Shown piece by piece: positions 26,483-40,945 of a DNA stretch of 64,000 nt. The stretch is taken from positions 45,106,001-45,170,000 of the forward strand of contig JASCQW010000162.1 of assembly GCA_030264375.1 (NCBI GenBank). Direction: 5' to 3'. The DNA comes from Carcharhinus longimanus (Eukaryota). The position numbers and the translations under genes were made by a program. Within the stretch, counting starts at the first letter, position 1. Every line of letters starts with the position of its first letter. The notes beneath the pieces are model-generated. The model made no database searches. It was not told the DNA's origin and saw nothing but the letters and a program-made list of their open reading frames with translations.

Positions 26483-26555
26483 TGGACTGTGTACACCTGA
26501 GAATGTATAATGTAGTACATCACTACATTATGCATTCTCAGGTGTACACAGTCCA
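26483..26555. repeat. 34-bp inverted repeat with 5-nt loop
   Basis: Arms at 26483-26516 and 26522-26555, one mismatch. Confidence 0.95.
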
Positions 26556-27666
26556 TACCCAAACTGATTTGCAGTTATACAACACTCAGACAGTATCTGG
26601 CAAACTACATTGGCTTCACTTAATCAGCACCTATTCTGTTTAGAAACAAATCATTTGTATTTTAGTTTTGGAAGAGGATTTTGACTATTGTATTTCTTCT
26701 TTGATGAAGTACAACTATAATGTAACTCACAATTACTTCTCCTCAGCATATTCCTGCACAAGCATGCCATAGTTACAAATTAGAAAGTGAACATATTACT
26801 TCTGATCATAATTTTAGTAAATGGTGCAGCCAATTGTTAAAGTTCAATATAGCAGTCATTGTTTAAGAAAATAAGTCAAATCTATTTGAACATCAATCAG
26901 AAATTTCCTATGAAATATATTCCTTTTTAAAGTCACTGAACATTATTAATATAACATTATAAACATGAAGTATTAGAAGTAACTGTCAAATTTAACCATC
27001 AAAAGAACACTAACAAGCTCATTAATGTATCCATGATATTACTTCATAGTAAGGCTTACTGAAGCTTCTTTTTGTGGAGAGAACCCTGCTTCAGAGTAAT
27101 GAAACTGGGAGAAAGTAGGAAAGACAGCAATTAGCAAAGGGATCAAGAATAGGGAAGCAATAACACTCCATGGGATTACAAATTCCTCACTATAGGAACA
27201 AATAAAAAAGGGAGGGGAAACATAAGTACCACCACTGGACAAACCGTGAAGTTTAATTAAACAAGGAATTATGGAATTAGAAGCAGTTCTTTCTACTCTG
27301 ACCTTTACTGTGACTTCAGGAAATATTTGCCTTTGTTCGGACGGTGATATATGAACACTTCAGGCCATTATCACAGGGAACTAAACACAGCATGGCATTC
27401 AGGTACATAGCACTTCATCGAGATTTCTTTCACTTCACACAAATTGGCTGATTATGGAACTGCAGCAATTGATATGAACACAAATATGAGTTAACAACTA
27501 CATAAGCAGTGAGCTTTCAAATTATAATTTAAGGGTTGCCTCAAATTTTGAATATTTAATCTTTCACCTAGAAACAAGGCTATTCCTGAGCAAAGTTCAG
27601 AGAAGTCAAAGGAATCAATGGTTCTCAGTGAAAGAAAAGGACGCCAATCTGTTATTTTTGTGTGTT

Positions 27667-27945
27667 TACTTTAGTTTATTTATTAGTCACAAGTAGGTTT
27701 ACACTGACATTGCAATGAAGTTATTCTGAAAATCCTCTAGTCACCACACTCTAGCACCTGTTCTGGTACACTGAGGGAGGATTCAGCATGGCCAATGCAC
27801 CTAACCAGCATATCTTTTGGGGGAAAACTGAAACACTCAGCAGAAATCCACACAGACACGAGGAGAATGTGCAGACTCCACGCAGACAGTCATCCAAGCT
27901 GGGAATTGAACCTGTGTCCCTGGAGCAGTGCTAACCACTGTGCAT
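27667..27945 (-). mobile_element. SINE, tail type B
   Basis: Family match over tail, central domain and head. Confidence 0.8.
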
Positions 27946-28964
27946 TATTCCCCCATCTCACACTGTTTCTTCCACAATCATTATTAGGGCTGATGATACT
28001 TGCAGTAAATGAATCTTGACAACATAAAATTAAAAAAACAAAATTCAATGAATTCTATTTGTTGCACCCTTTCAATTATTAAAGACTGAATCAATAAAAC
28101 AAGAGAAGCACAGTCTAAACATATTGCATTATCACCTGGCTACAGTGTCCCACTATTAAATTGCCTCAATAAAATACATTAATCAACTAGGAGAATAAGC
28201 TATGATATTAAACAATTATCCCATGACAAAATTACTTGCCAACATCTTTAGGTATTGATCATTACACAGTTCCCATTGAAATCCCAGATTTATACTTACA
28301 ATTTACGCACTTAGACTGAGCAATATTGGTGGAGGTGAGCCTTTGGTCACCTGGTATTTGCATGATTTACGCTTCGCATGAGTTCTCAGCTGAAAAGGGC
28401 CAGAAAAGCTGTGGAACTTCAGCCCTGCAACCTGGAATCATGTGAACAGAATGTGGCATTTCACTATCAAAACTAGGTGCTCGCGAGCTCATTCGGGAGT
28501 AGAGCTCTTGGGCCACAAAATAATTCAATCCATTTATTTGTTCTGTGAATGCCTTTGAATTTCTGTACAAAATGATTGCTATTTCCAGACATATTTATTT
28601 CTGATCTAAAACTCATTCGAGTCCTTCTTTGTTGGCACATGCTGGATTTAATAGATATTACCAGTCCTGTACCTATAGGTCCTTTGATGAAAATGAGGAT
28701 TTCATCTTAATCAGAGACCTTTTTAGCTAACTTAAATTACTAATGTTATCTTCTGAATAAATGGTACAAATAAAAAAAACTCCAAATTTGAATATTCTTG
28801 AAAACTGATTACAGCAGCTGGTAACTCAGATAATTTTCAACTGGTGATCAAGATCAGCATAGTGAAAGAATTTCAAATTCAGAATTCTATGACTCAAGTT
28901 ATACCAAGAAAGATTTGTTCATGCAGTTCATTGACACAGATGATGAAAGGATTGGCTGCACCAT

Positions 28965-29225
28965 GTTTTAAAGTTTAAAGTTTATTTATTAGTGTCACAA
29001 GTAGGCTTATATTACCACAGCAATGAAGTTACTGTGAAATTCCCCTAGTCGCCACACTCCAGTACCTGTCCAGATACACTGAGTGAGAATTTAGCATGGT
29101 CAATGCACCTAACCAGCACGTCTTTCGGATTGTGGGGGGAAATTGGAGAAAATTCACGCAGACATGGGGAGAACATGCAGATTCTGCACAGGCAGTGACC
29201 CAAACCGGGAATCGAACCTCCAGGT
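28965..29225 (-). mobile_element. SINE, tail type B, 5'-truncated
   Basis: Family match up to the B box. Confidence 0.8.
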
Positions 29226-32200
29226 CTCAGTACTTTCACTATTATGCTCCACCATCACATTGCCTTTCCAGGAAATTTCAGTATAAATTCTCAACAGGAT
29301 GTTAGATACGCAAACAACAAAATTTGCTACACACAATACGAGTATGCTAATCGAGGAAATTCTGGCCCATTGTAGTTAAAATGTTTCAGCCACACTCATT
29401 TGTGTTTGAAGCTACAGAAAGATTATCCACATGGAGTAAGCCTTTGGCTTTGTGGTAGCAATCTGCTTCTGAATCAGAAGGTGAAGGGTTCAAAACCCAT
29501 TTCAGGCTGGAGACAGAATTCTGGGTTAATGTCCAGTGCCATCCAATGGGTGCCGGTAATTTCCCTTTACCACCGTATGGAATCCCAAACACTACCTGCT
29601 GATGTAAAGATGAGTTATGGCTGAGCATTCACACTGTGGCTTGTCAGACTGTTTATTAATCAGCCTGCAAATCCTTCCATTACTCCACGCTATTGTCCAA
29701 GGGAAGCAAGTTAAGATTTTTTAAAAATGACATCTTCTGTATTTCCACAGCTGCTACAGCTTTCAGTTAGTTGTGCCATTCTTAAAATAACAAAACAAAC
29801 TTCAAACAAGATACTCAGTGCCTACTCATGAAGTATGATTTAATCTAACTCGTGGACTTGATTCTTTCCCTTTGATATGCAAGACTAACCCAGTTAGGCA
29901 CATGGTGGGGACTAAAATTTATATTTTGTGGCTTTCCATTGGGCTGTCTGGTTTATCACAATCATTGTGCTTTGTGAATCTTTTTGTCCAGTTTTTGTTT
30001 CTTGTGACTGATTATCAAATATAAATTCAAAACCTAAAAGGCTTTGCTCACTAACAATAAATTTAATTTAATAAATGTTTTTTTAACAATCCAACAAACA
30101 CAAGGTAGTACAATATTTGCAGCTGAAAATGCTGCAAATAAATTGCAGCGTGCCACCAGCCACCTGTTCCCTAAACTAAACCAAACTTCTCATTCTAAAG
30201 AACCAGAACTATCATTTTTACTTGCTTGAAAACTAGGCATGCTTTAGTAACTCTGATACCCCATCACTGGATCAGAGTTAATGACAAATGACACTTTCCT
30301 CTTTGTGGTTCTCAGGATTTTTTGTTGACATATTTGGCTCCTTTTGTTGGGGCCTAAGAAGTGGCCTATGGCAGAAGCCTATTCTGCCAATTTCCACGCT
30401 CCATCTGTGGTATACATCAACAGGCCCTTCCTCACAGTCAGCATTCTGACACCTGCCTGGCACAAAGAGACACTTAAGAGGAATGGAGTAGAGCAGTTGA
30501 GGGCTGGAGAAGGAAACTCGGCAGGGGTTAATCCAGCTCTCTGTTTTAGGAGCCTGTAGCACCTGGAGGTACTCCTGTCATACAATGTTTCTATACATTA
30601 AGCAACTTATTGTATTAAACCTGATCGGCAGTAAATGTTAGTTTAATATGTTACTGGAAACAACATGTATGCACTGCAAAAGGTTCTTTTTTAAGAAGGT
30701 GAATAATCTTTTAACTTGTAACATAGCAAAGGTTTAATTTTTTGTTGTCTATTATTTGGTCTTCTGTTATTTTGTGAGGGGGAAGAGCAGCAGCTTGATA
30801 TAATCTATTGGTGTGCTTTCAAGCTTTTTTAGGCGAGTTTCTCTTCCATGAAGATGCATTTAATTCCTGCCATCCCCCCAACCAACTTTCCCCTCCTCCA
30901 TTTTCCTGACTCTCAGCTCCACAGCAAGGGGTCATTGATAACAAAATAAGCCCCTGACAGCTCTGTGCTAACCAAAATGGTACAAATAAACTCTGACATG
31001 CAACAACTCCCACAGTGGTTTTGCTGTGGGTGGAGAATACAGATTAAATATGAATATAGTAAACAGCAGGAGACAAGTTCAGAAGGTCTAAAGTCAGCCA
31101 GGAGCTCCCCTCAAGCTTTTTGCCTTATTACTGCATACAGGTTGATGGTTAACTGAGAACAAACATTTTTTAAACCAATTTCAATGATTAAATCCAAGTG
31201 CATGTTACTAAAGAGTGCCTTCATCTTTAACCTATGTCCGTGAAAGACCTTTTTGGTGCTGTCTGTTTCATGCTGACTGCTCTTTGGAAGTGTACATGAT
31301 TAAAAGCACCCACATATTTAATTCAAGAGAATTCACTTCCAATCAGATAATTTTAACAAATTACTTTACAGCACAGTTGTATTTCTTTGGGAAACTCAAA
31401 ATATTGCAGAACTGTATGTGATGTTACTGCGACTATATTTTGACAGACATGCAGTTTCTTTTTAAAAGTCCATCCAATTGTGTAAAATGATATCAGCCAA
31501 AAAACTACCTAGGTTTACCACCTTCAGCTGTCTTTTTGACATTCTGTTTAAATGTAAATTCATTTCTATCTCTTGAATTAAGATGGTCAAGATGTAAGGA
31601 TTTTTCAGAAAAAGATTCAGGAGCAATAGAAAATCACCATTTCAAAGTTTATATTGCATCAAACGAAAAAATTTCAAATTACATCTTCATTTATCTACGT
31701 GTAACACCTTAAAAAGCAAACTTTTAAAATCATTTTAACCAAATATATTAACCCTAGCAAACACAGTTAAACAAGTATGCTTAGAATATGGCACTTGTAT
31801 CTTTGTGAAGAAAATCCAACCTGATCAATACAATTAGAAACAGTTGCTTGCATTGTGAGGTGTAGTGCTGGCAAAGGAAACATCGAAGATAAAGGCAGCA
31901 GTCATTTTCGTTTATATAACTATCAAGCGAAGGGCCTTTACAGACCATATGTGCTCCAAGCAGTGTTCCTATCATAGGCCAGCCACGAAGTCTTTTGGGA
32001 GCTGTTAATGAACTGGGTAATTGAGCTGTCGACATGTGTTACCAAAACAAAACAAAAGGGAAAAAAGACAAATGAACAATTTATTTGCAGATCAGACCAG
32101 TTTAGCTTCTCAGCAAATGGGACAAAGTGATTGACTGAGTACATATAACAGTACATTGAAGTAAAGCAGATGTACTCATGGCAATGATGGGATGACAGCT

Positions 32201-35200
32201 TCTGGCCCATCTGTGCCTATCGTTCTGCTGGTATGACTACGTGATCTACTAAAGAGATTCATTTTACACCTGCCTAAATTGTCTGTAAAATAGATAAATC
32301 ATTAGCAAAACTACTTTATATAGACCACAATAAAGACCATCAACTATTAACTGAAGATCTATCATCTCCACTGTCCAATACATGCAAAATAATTAAAATT
32401 GGACTTTTTAGGATCATTGCACTTTATGTCATGCATCCAGTTCCTAATGATATGTTAGTTTAAAGTTAAACTCATTAAGATTAATTCAAGAGTAACCAAA
32501 CATCAGTGGGGGGGGGGAATAGTATTTTGGCTAGGGATAAAATTTGTCAATTCTTCACGCCTTCATCACTGAAAGAAACTCATCCTCCAATATATGGAGA
32601 ATGGCTATTTAAAAGGAAGGTGTATCAGAGAAGTGTATCTACCAAATTCCAAATTTAAGATACTGAACATTTTTTAAACAGAGCTGTCTTATAAACCATT
32701 TTGTTCAAATAACTGCATAATTACTTTTAAATTCAAACTATTTCTGTAGGAAGTTGAAAAAGCGTGCTGGGTTTCAGAATTTGTAAATTTAAGTAAATTC
32801 ATGGCTACAGTAGACAGAGAGGATTTGATTATTGACCCTTTATCCTTAACCAAGTTACTCCTCTCCACTAGGACCCAATTTACTTTTGAAACTATTGAGC
32901 CATTGTTACCAAAATGTTTTAAATTAAAACAGTAGTATAAAGTTTATTCAACTGCATCTAATTGTTACCTTTCATGGTCAACTTTTAAAAAAGTGAATCA
33001 ATTGGTAAGCACGATTCCTAATGGATACGATCACAATAATAATCATAGTCACATGTGGAGTTGGGACACATGTTTCACTAGTGTGAAACCAGGAACAAAT
33101 TTCCAATTGGCATCACCCCAGGAAAGTTTGTTTTTGTCATGCCAGAAAACAGAACAATTAGAAAAAGCCATGTTGAAAAGCATAAAATGGGCACTTTTAT
33201 GGCCACTAGGGGCCATATGAATGTTGAATTTTAATTACTTAAAACATGCAAAACGGATCCCTCTAATGACACCATAGAATTCTGTTTCATTATGACACTG
33301 ATTCCAACCTTTTCCCCTTGTTCTTTGATTTTGTATTCTGATGTGAATTAATGAACCGTGAAAACATTTACTTTTTAAACGTAGGAACACTGAATATTTC
33401 TCTTGCTGTGGAAACTGCAAATCTACCATGAAAGTTCTGTATGCTGGCCTGGGGTGCTAACATCAAAAACAGCTTCCCCACAGTTTGTACGCTCTAACTA
33501 TGGAAGTAATTGCGTTGTTATCCACACTCTTCACACAAAGAATCTGCTTATTACAGTGTTATAACTGTTGATTGTAATTACAGAAATCTCATAGAGTACA
33601 TTTCAAGGATTAAATTCTGGCAGGCCCTGATTTACACTGTCAGTTTAAAGTAAATGATCAGCTAATTAAAACTCAAACAGGGAAACACTAGTAGACATTG
33701 ACCTTATGATAAACTTTGACCTGGCAGTATGTTACAAATGTGCCTTCCTAAGTTGTGCTGAAAGATTTCCTGCCTTCAATTTGGATGAGCAAGTTGCCTC
33801 CATTTCATCCTGGAATTAAAATTGATTTTTTTATATTTTAATGCTATTTCTTCTCATATGTAAGAATTTAATAATTCTTTGCTCATAATTCTTTGTGAGA
33901 GCATCAGAAGATTAAAAGTTATCTAAATTAACGAGTTTCATTGTATGTTGTGTTAAGATGGAACAATTTAAAACTTAGCAATATTACTCTTAGGGCATTG
34001 CATAAGTATCTTTAAAAAATGTTAATGTGACTAAGTAATTTCTTTTTTCTATTCCCTATTTCTTTTTTGCTTTTGTTTACTTTACTTGAAAGGAAGAATA
34101 AACAAGGGAAAACATTTGACCCTTTAACCCAATTTCTTCACCTTTGACTTCTAAACATTTCAGACTCCAAATTCTCACTTTCAGACCGAGGTTTTAGTTG
34201 GTAGGTTTTTAAATGTTTTTAAGCATCTGTAGACATATAAGTGTCGCAGAACCTGCTTCCAAGTTATTCTCAAAGGTGAACAGCCTGAAGTAACCATGTC
34301 ACATGACCACAAGAGGGCAATGGTCAAGAACCTTCTTTCACTCACTCAGTCAGCGCTTCTTTTCTCGTATACGTCCAACAGGTCAACAATCGCTGACTAT
34401 AGACAAAGAGCTCCTTCAGACATTTAGCTTCAGAGTTTATGTTAAAGCACTCATGCAACCCTACATAGTTCATTTAATATCCATATTTCAGTAATGGGGT
34501 AAAAGGACAGGTCACAACTGTTGGGATTCTTTGTGCGACAAATACATGTGGAAATTAACATGCACATCAAACACCAGGCGAGGACCTGACATCTGGCTAG
34601 AGTTGTCCTGTTGTAACACTGCAGCTTTCATTCAATAATTGTCAATTCCTGTATAACAGAAAATTACATAATAGATATGCGCGGAATCCTCTTGTCAGAA
34701 GTAAGTATTTTTCCTGGATGCCAAGTGCAATAATGAAATTCTTTGGTTAGCACGTGTTATAAAAATACAAATCACACGCTGGAGATGTTAATGGAATGCA
34801 ATACAAAAAGCTGAGCTTTACACCAGCAAATATCATTATTCACGAGACATAACAACTCTTGGCTACCTCCTTGAAATATTCTCAGATGCATTTATCTGCT
34901 TTAACCACAATAACACCATCTGGGTTTTACAGTCAATGGTTCTGGATATAAATAACAGAAAAAATATTGTAAGTATCTTCTAATCCAGTTACTGTGCAGG
35001 TGAGATCAGCTTAGTTTGTTAATATTGTACTTAAAGGCCAGCTCTTAGTACTGATAAATTTTATTCTGGTCACTGTATTTCTATTCATCATCCATCCAAT
35101 CTTACAGGGGTGAATTGACTGTATCGTTCTAAATCTAATACAATCTGGCCCAAATCAGATCAATTTGAATCTTTCAGTGTTAATCCAGTTAAAACAATTC

Positions 35201-36719
35201 AATCTCCAGATGCCACTTCTATCCACTCAGTTGGTGCTATATCAATAGTTTATAGCTAAGAAATCCAAATCTAGTCTTTGCTTTCAGAGATCTAATTACT
35301 TCAGATCTTGGCACAAACAGAAAAGTTCAGGTACTAGAACAGTTCATACATGTATATTTGTTTAGGGCGTTCGGAAACCTGTCTCTGTACTGATCACTTC
35401 CGTGGTACTAATGTTCCTCTTAGTCTTCCATGGAGCATGATCACAAGATTCAATTCATTACCTTCAACATGCAGTGGCTTATAACTGAAAAAGGTCCAAG
35501 TTAGCAAACCAAAATATTATAAACTAATTGTGCCTCACATGGGTATGTATTACTAGTTTTTGTTGATGATACATCATAGTTATTACATAAGGGCACACAC
35601 GCATGGGTCTGTGTGTGTAGTTCTATGCAAATAGATGTAATTTTACTTTATTGTATGGTTACCAGGGAAACCACAAAGGCTGGTAGGATCCTACAGCAGT
35701 TTCTCAGAGTATTTTACTCCCAAGAGATAATAGTGTGAAGGCAGCTTGAAGCTCATAAACCTGGCAGTGAGCTTTAATCCAGTCCTTTGCTAGTATTGAA
35801 ACATTAGTAAGACTTAAATTACAGCTTTGTAGAAAACAGGATCTGCGTCACTCTCATAATTATAAACAATTGAGATTAAAACTCTCAAGGTGTAATTTAC
35901 TCTATCGTGTGAAAAAGTTACAAAGTTGAACACGCACTGTTTCACTGAAACATTCTGGGAGGAAGAAATCAATGAATATGAGAAGAAAATGTTTATATAT
36001 CGGCAGGAAGATGTTGATAGCTCACTGGATATTATCCTTGTAATTAATTAACAAACTCAGCAATCTGGAATGAGCACATTATCATCACAGATGCTGAGTT
36101 TACCAAGCTAATTGGATAAAACAGTGGGCTACAGTCTATTGCTTTCCAAGATTAGTGATTGACATGCCTCTGTCTGGCTTGTCTATTAACTGTGGTCATA
36201 TTGTTGCTATTTGGAGTTTTGCTTGGCTAATACTTCTAACAAATAGAGTGCTTCTTTAGCCCTTTCTCCTTGACCTTCTCTTGTCCATTTTCTTTTAGTC
36301 AATTCAAACTGCCTTATGAAGGATTTGGTCACAGTAGAGTGAATCCCAATTCAGTGCATATAGTTAACTGAGTGCAGCCAAATTAGTGCTTATTCCGCTT
36401 AGAAACTCCCAATGTTTAATGCAATTTGAGCACAGTCAATGCAATGCAATAAGTTATGAAATATAAATAAATCACTTTGCAACCTGGTCTGTAAACCTAG
36501 AAATAGGTGGAGATGTTTAAATAAATCTCTAGATGCAACTGGCTGCAAGCAACACTGCCAGTACTCAACGCCAATATAACGCAATTAACAAACACAGAAT
36601 CAGCTGCGCTACATTAACCACAAGCTGAAACAAAACTCCCTGAACTGGATGTACCCCTTATGAAGGGCTACTGAATGAATATAGTCCATTGCAGCCTCAG
36701 GTTCATCCTATTCCCTGCC

Positions 36720-36900
36720 CTGAATACCTCACTTCAAAGACAAGCCGCATTCATTAATTGCCCTTTGAATTAATATCAAAGGGTCACAATGCGAGTGCCA
36801 AAAGAGAAAGAAGCTTTAATGAAGCATAGAGCTGCCATTCATTTGCAGATAAGCATGTTTTTATGCTTGGATGGTCACCATGCTGAAGGCCTCATGAAGG
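36720..36900. promoter_or_regulatory. Candidate intron-4 Wnt/TCF enhancer
   Basis: Three TCF/LEF cores (TTCAAAG 36733, CTTTGAA 36763, ATCAAAG 36775) plus TAAT motifs in a repeat-free block. Confidence 0.5.
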
Positions 36901-39104
36901 GGGAGGCAGAAAGAGTTGAAGAAGCTTTACTCTAATGGTAATTTGTACTGTAAACAAACAAGGGAAAACCAACATAAATATACTACTACGAAATAGTGCT
37001 ATTCAGTTCAAGTCACAATGGCACAACAACTTTCTGTCACTATGAGGTGCAGGAGAACAATAGACTTGCTTAAGTTAGGTGTTACTTAGTTCTGTACTTT
37101 ATTTAAATTAATATATTATCTTAATAAATGCAACAATGCTGTACTACTTTCATTAGTCTTAGTATTTAAGTATAGTACAGAATTCTTACCATAAGCTAAA
37201 TTAACCATTATTGTTTCTACCAAAAAAGTGGTAAAGGCTTCATTTTAAGTACAAATTCCTTCTTACAATTTAAAATGCACTTGGCTTTAAAATTCATTTT
37301 CTTTATACCTACTGCTGTTTCTTTTTTATTTCCAATTCTATCCATCCCTTTTATAGTAATTTATTTTCCATAATATTAAACCTGAACACATTATAAAACA
37401 GTTGCACATCAGTTTGTAAGGTTACTTCTTTCATACAAGCAAACTTATTTTTCCCTTCAAAATCAAATAGTTTAACTTAGAAACATTGAATAGTAAGCAG
37501 CTTCGTAAAGCACCTGTGGGTTTGGTGCAATCAGTTTCATAAAATCATATACAACTACTACCTTGCATCCTGTGAACTAATAAATAATTATAAAGTTGTT
37601 ATACTGTTTGTACTGATCTGGTCATTGATTTAATTTTTAAAAAGACGATTAAATCTTGCTAAAAGTTTGACCAAGTTTTTAATATGTCAACTGTACATTG
37701 CACTGAAAAACGGCAATTGCTGAAATATTGATGGCAAGTTATTCACTTTATTTACACAAAGTCCTTCTCAGTTTCTTTGATAAAAGCAGTTAAATCTTTT
37801 TACTCTTTCATGTTTTGTCAGAACTTGATTTCTTTTGTCCTCTGGCTATTTGCCTAGCTGCGGACAATGATGCAAGAAGAATAGAAGCAGATTGTTGGAA
37901 TGGTCTTCAGTGAAACTAATTATGACATGTTGACTGCACTCACCATGACATATTTCAGAGATCCAAGCTTATTCAATTACCCTTTCCAGATTTCCCTTTG
38001 AGAAATATTTTATCCTTTTGAGTGTTTGTATTTCTGAAGTGCATTTATGTTCAATCTGCAAGCACAATCCCCTGATCTGTGAGGGATCGTATTGTTACCG
38101 TTATTATACCCATTTCCAAATTAAGTAAACACCAATGGGATATTGAAGACATAATTTTGTTTGAAAGGCTTAGTGGTGAAGAAAAAGATTTTTCTTTCTC
38201 CTTGTATTTTTATAGCAACTGTGATATTTTGTAGTTCCCTCCTTAGAATGTGGCGCAAATCAAGGAGCATGATGCTACGGGCTGTTTTTTTTTCGAGAGC
38301 TCATTTCTTGTTGAAATAAAAAACATTACGCTTCACGTTACTAATCACAACAGGCATTGACAGTTAGGTGAACACTGGACTTGTAATGTCTGACGATCAT
38401 GGTGTGGGTTTTGCAGATGCCAACTAACAGCAGCTGCTCAGCGAGAGTACATTAGAATAGGAGCAATGAAAGAAAGCAAAAACATCTCAGTTATATAAGT
38501 TCTGAAAATATGAGTGCTTAAGATCTTGGGAAATTAATTGAGACACTTTTCATGATTTGCACATAAATCTTAACGTTGCTTGAAAATTCCATGTTATCTT
38601 GCAATGCTAAGTAACGGTCTTGTTTATGCCTATATTTATTTTAATAGCACTCCTTCCTCCTTTAAGTCCCTGTGCACCATGCATCATTAACTAATTTAGA
38701 AGATGGTGTTGATCTGTTCCCAGGTCTCTGCCAGTACTGTTCTTTTAGTAGTGGTAAGAAGTGCATAAAATTGCTTCAAGTTAATTCAGCCCCTGATTAA
38801 CTTTACTGCACTGAAAGGCAGTGCCTCATATCCACTCATTGCGCCCTGCCCTCTCCCCTGCACCCATATCCCCCACAACCAATGTCCAAATATAGTGGAA
38901 AGCTTACAGCATGAGGAATACCAGATTCCAACATGCATCCTACCACTCAGAGTTGCAGTTTGTTTGAGGACAACACTTAGAAATTATTACAGCTTTTCTG
39001 TACAAATATACACTCTACCAGTATAGGAAATATTGTGCTTGAGAAATTTGCAATTGAAAGCAACATATTTTTACAGTTTATAAAATGAAATGCAGCAGCA
39101 CTCT

Positions 39105-39419
39105 CATAGGATTCCTACAGTGCAGGAGGAGGCCATTTGGCCCATTGACTCTTCAACGACCACAATCCCAATCAGGCCCTATCTGCATAACCCCATATAT
39201 TTACCCTGCTAGTCCCTCTGACACTAAGGGAGAATTTAGCACGGCCAATGCATCTAACCCGCACATCTTTGGACAATGGGAGGAAACGGGAACACACGGG
39301 GGAAAACCACACAGACATGGGGAGAAGGTGCAGATCTCCACACAGTCCCCCAAGGCTGGAATTAAATCCAGGTCCCTGATGCTATGAGGCAACAGTGCTA
39401 ACCACTGGGTCACCATGCC
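39105..39419 (-). mobile_element. Full-length HE1-like SINE, tail type A
   Basis: tRNA head at 39419, central domain, CR1-like tail (plus strand CATAGGATTCCTACAGTGCAGGAGGAGGCCATTTGGCCCAT). Confidence 0.85.
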
Positions 39420-39779
39420 ATGCTAACATAAGGCAAGTGATAGCAAGTGATACTTTTCCAGTGAAGATTATTTACACAATCAAATTAAATAGATTTTCCT
39501 GTAATACCTCTATAGTTTCTTTCATTTAAGCTTGCACTTAATTAATAAGGATGGCCTTGAGTTTTTTTTTGNNNNNNNNNNNNNNNNNNNNNNNNNNNNN
39601 NNNNNNNNNNNNNNNNNNNNNNNNNNNNNNNNNNNNNNNNNNNNNNNNNNNNNNNNNNNNNNNNNNNNNNNNNNNNNNNNNNNNNNNNNNNNNNNNNNNN
39701 NNNNNNNNNNNNNNNNNNNNNNNNNNNNNNNNNNNNNNNNNNNNNNNNCCTACTTTCCCTCACCCATCAAAGTCACAAA

Positions 39780-40945
39780 TTAGTTCCTCTGCAATTGTGA
39801 TAAAGGAAACTATCTCTACTTGCCCTTCTGCAGCCTTTGACATAGCTAATCATTTCATCCTCCTCCAACATCTTTCTGCCATCATTCAGCGGGGTAAAAT
39901 TGCACTCAGTTCCATTCTAATCAACCTCATCAAAGCCAGAGAATCACCTGCAATGGCTTCTCTTTCCACTCCTGTACTATTACCTCTGATGTCATAAGGA
40001 TCTATCCTTGGCCCCCTCTTATTATTCATCTATATGCTGCCTCTTGTGATATAATCTGAAACCATGCAAGTATTTGGCATAAAACCTCACCTCACCACCC
40101 CCTCTCTCAACCCATCATTGGCCTCTGAATTTTATCAGACTACTCTTCAGACACCCCAATACTGAATGAATAGAAATTTCTTCAAACTAAATGCTGAGAA
40201 GATCAAAGTCATTGAACCCTGGCCACCAACTCCACCCCTCTTGGTGACAACTCTCTTGAGACTGAATTAGATTATTCACAATTTTTGTGTCATTTTTGAC
40301 TCTGAGAGAGGTTCCAAACACATAGGTTTGCTGTCACTAAGAATGTATATTTCAACCCCCATAACATTGCCTGACTCCATCTCTGGCTTAACTCATCCTC
40401 TTCTGAAACACTTATCTATGCCTTCATTACACCTGGACTAAGATATTCCAATGCATTCTATCTTCCATTAACCTAAGGTTATTCAAACCACTGCTGCCCC
40501 TAACTCAACTCATAGCAAGTACCATTCACCCATTACCCCTGTGCTTACTGACCTGCAGTGGTTCCCCATTAAGCCATGTCTCTGTTATAATATTCTCATC
40601 CTTGTTTTCAAATCCTCCTTGTCCATCTCTATCTCTATAATCTCTGCAACATCACAAACTTCTAAGAGATCTGTGCTCCTCAATTCTGAATTTTAAGCAT
40701 CCCAATTTTAATTTCCAGGTTGGTAGCTCAGCCTTCAGTTGTCTAAGTGCTAAATTCAATAATTTCCTCAGCTTCTCTATCTTCAGCCCCCTTTAAAACA
40801 TTTCTTAAAACCTGCTTCTTTGACCAAGCATTTGGTAGGCTGCCCTTAAACCTCCTTAAGTAGCTTGATGCCAAATGTTGTTTGATACTATGCCTGTGAA
40901 ACACCTTGGGATGTTTTACTATGCTAAATGTGCGATATCAATCCA
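39780..40945 (+). mobile_element. Degenerate L2-like LINE 3' portion
   Basis: SAAFD and GSILGPLLF RT remnants. L2-type tail CTGTGAAACACCTTGGGATGTTTTACTATGCTAAATGTGCGATAT. Confidence 0.75.

Noticed and set aside
33699-33722. Two TGACCT half-sites as a retinoic acid response element
   Set aside because: The 12-nt spacing does not fit DR1, DR2 or DR5.
39201-39416. Recurrent MVAQWLALLPHS-type ORFs that look like a gene family
   Set aside because: Translations of the SINE head, not proteins.
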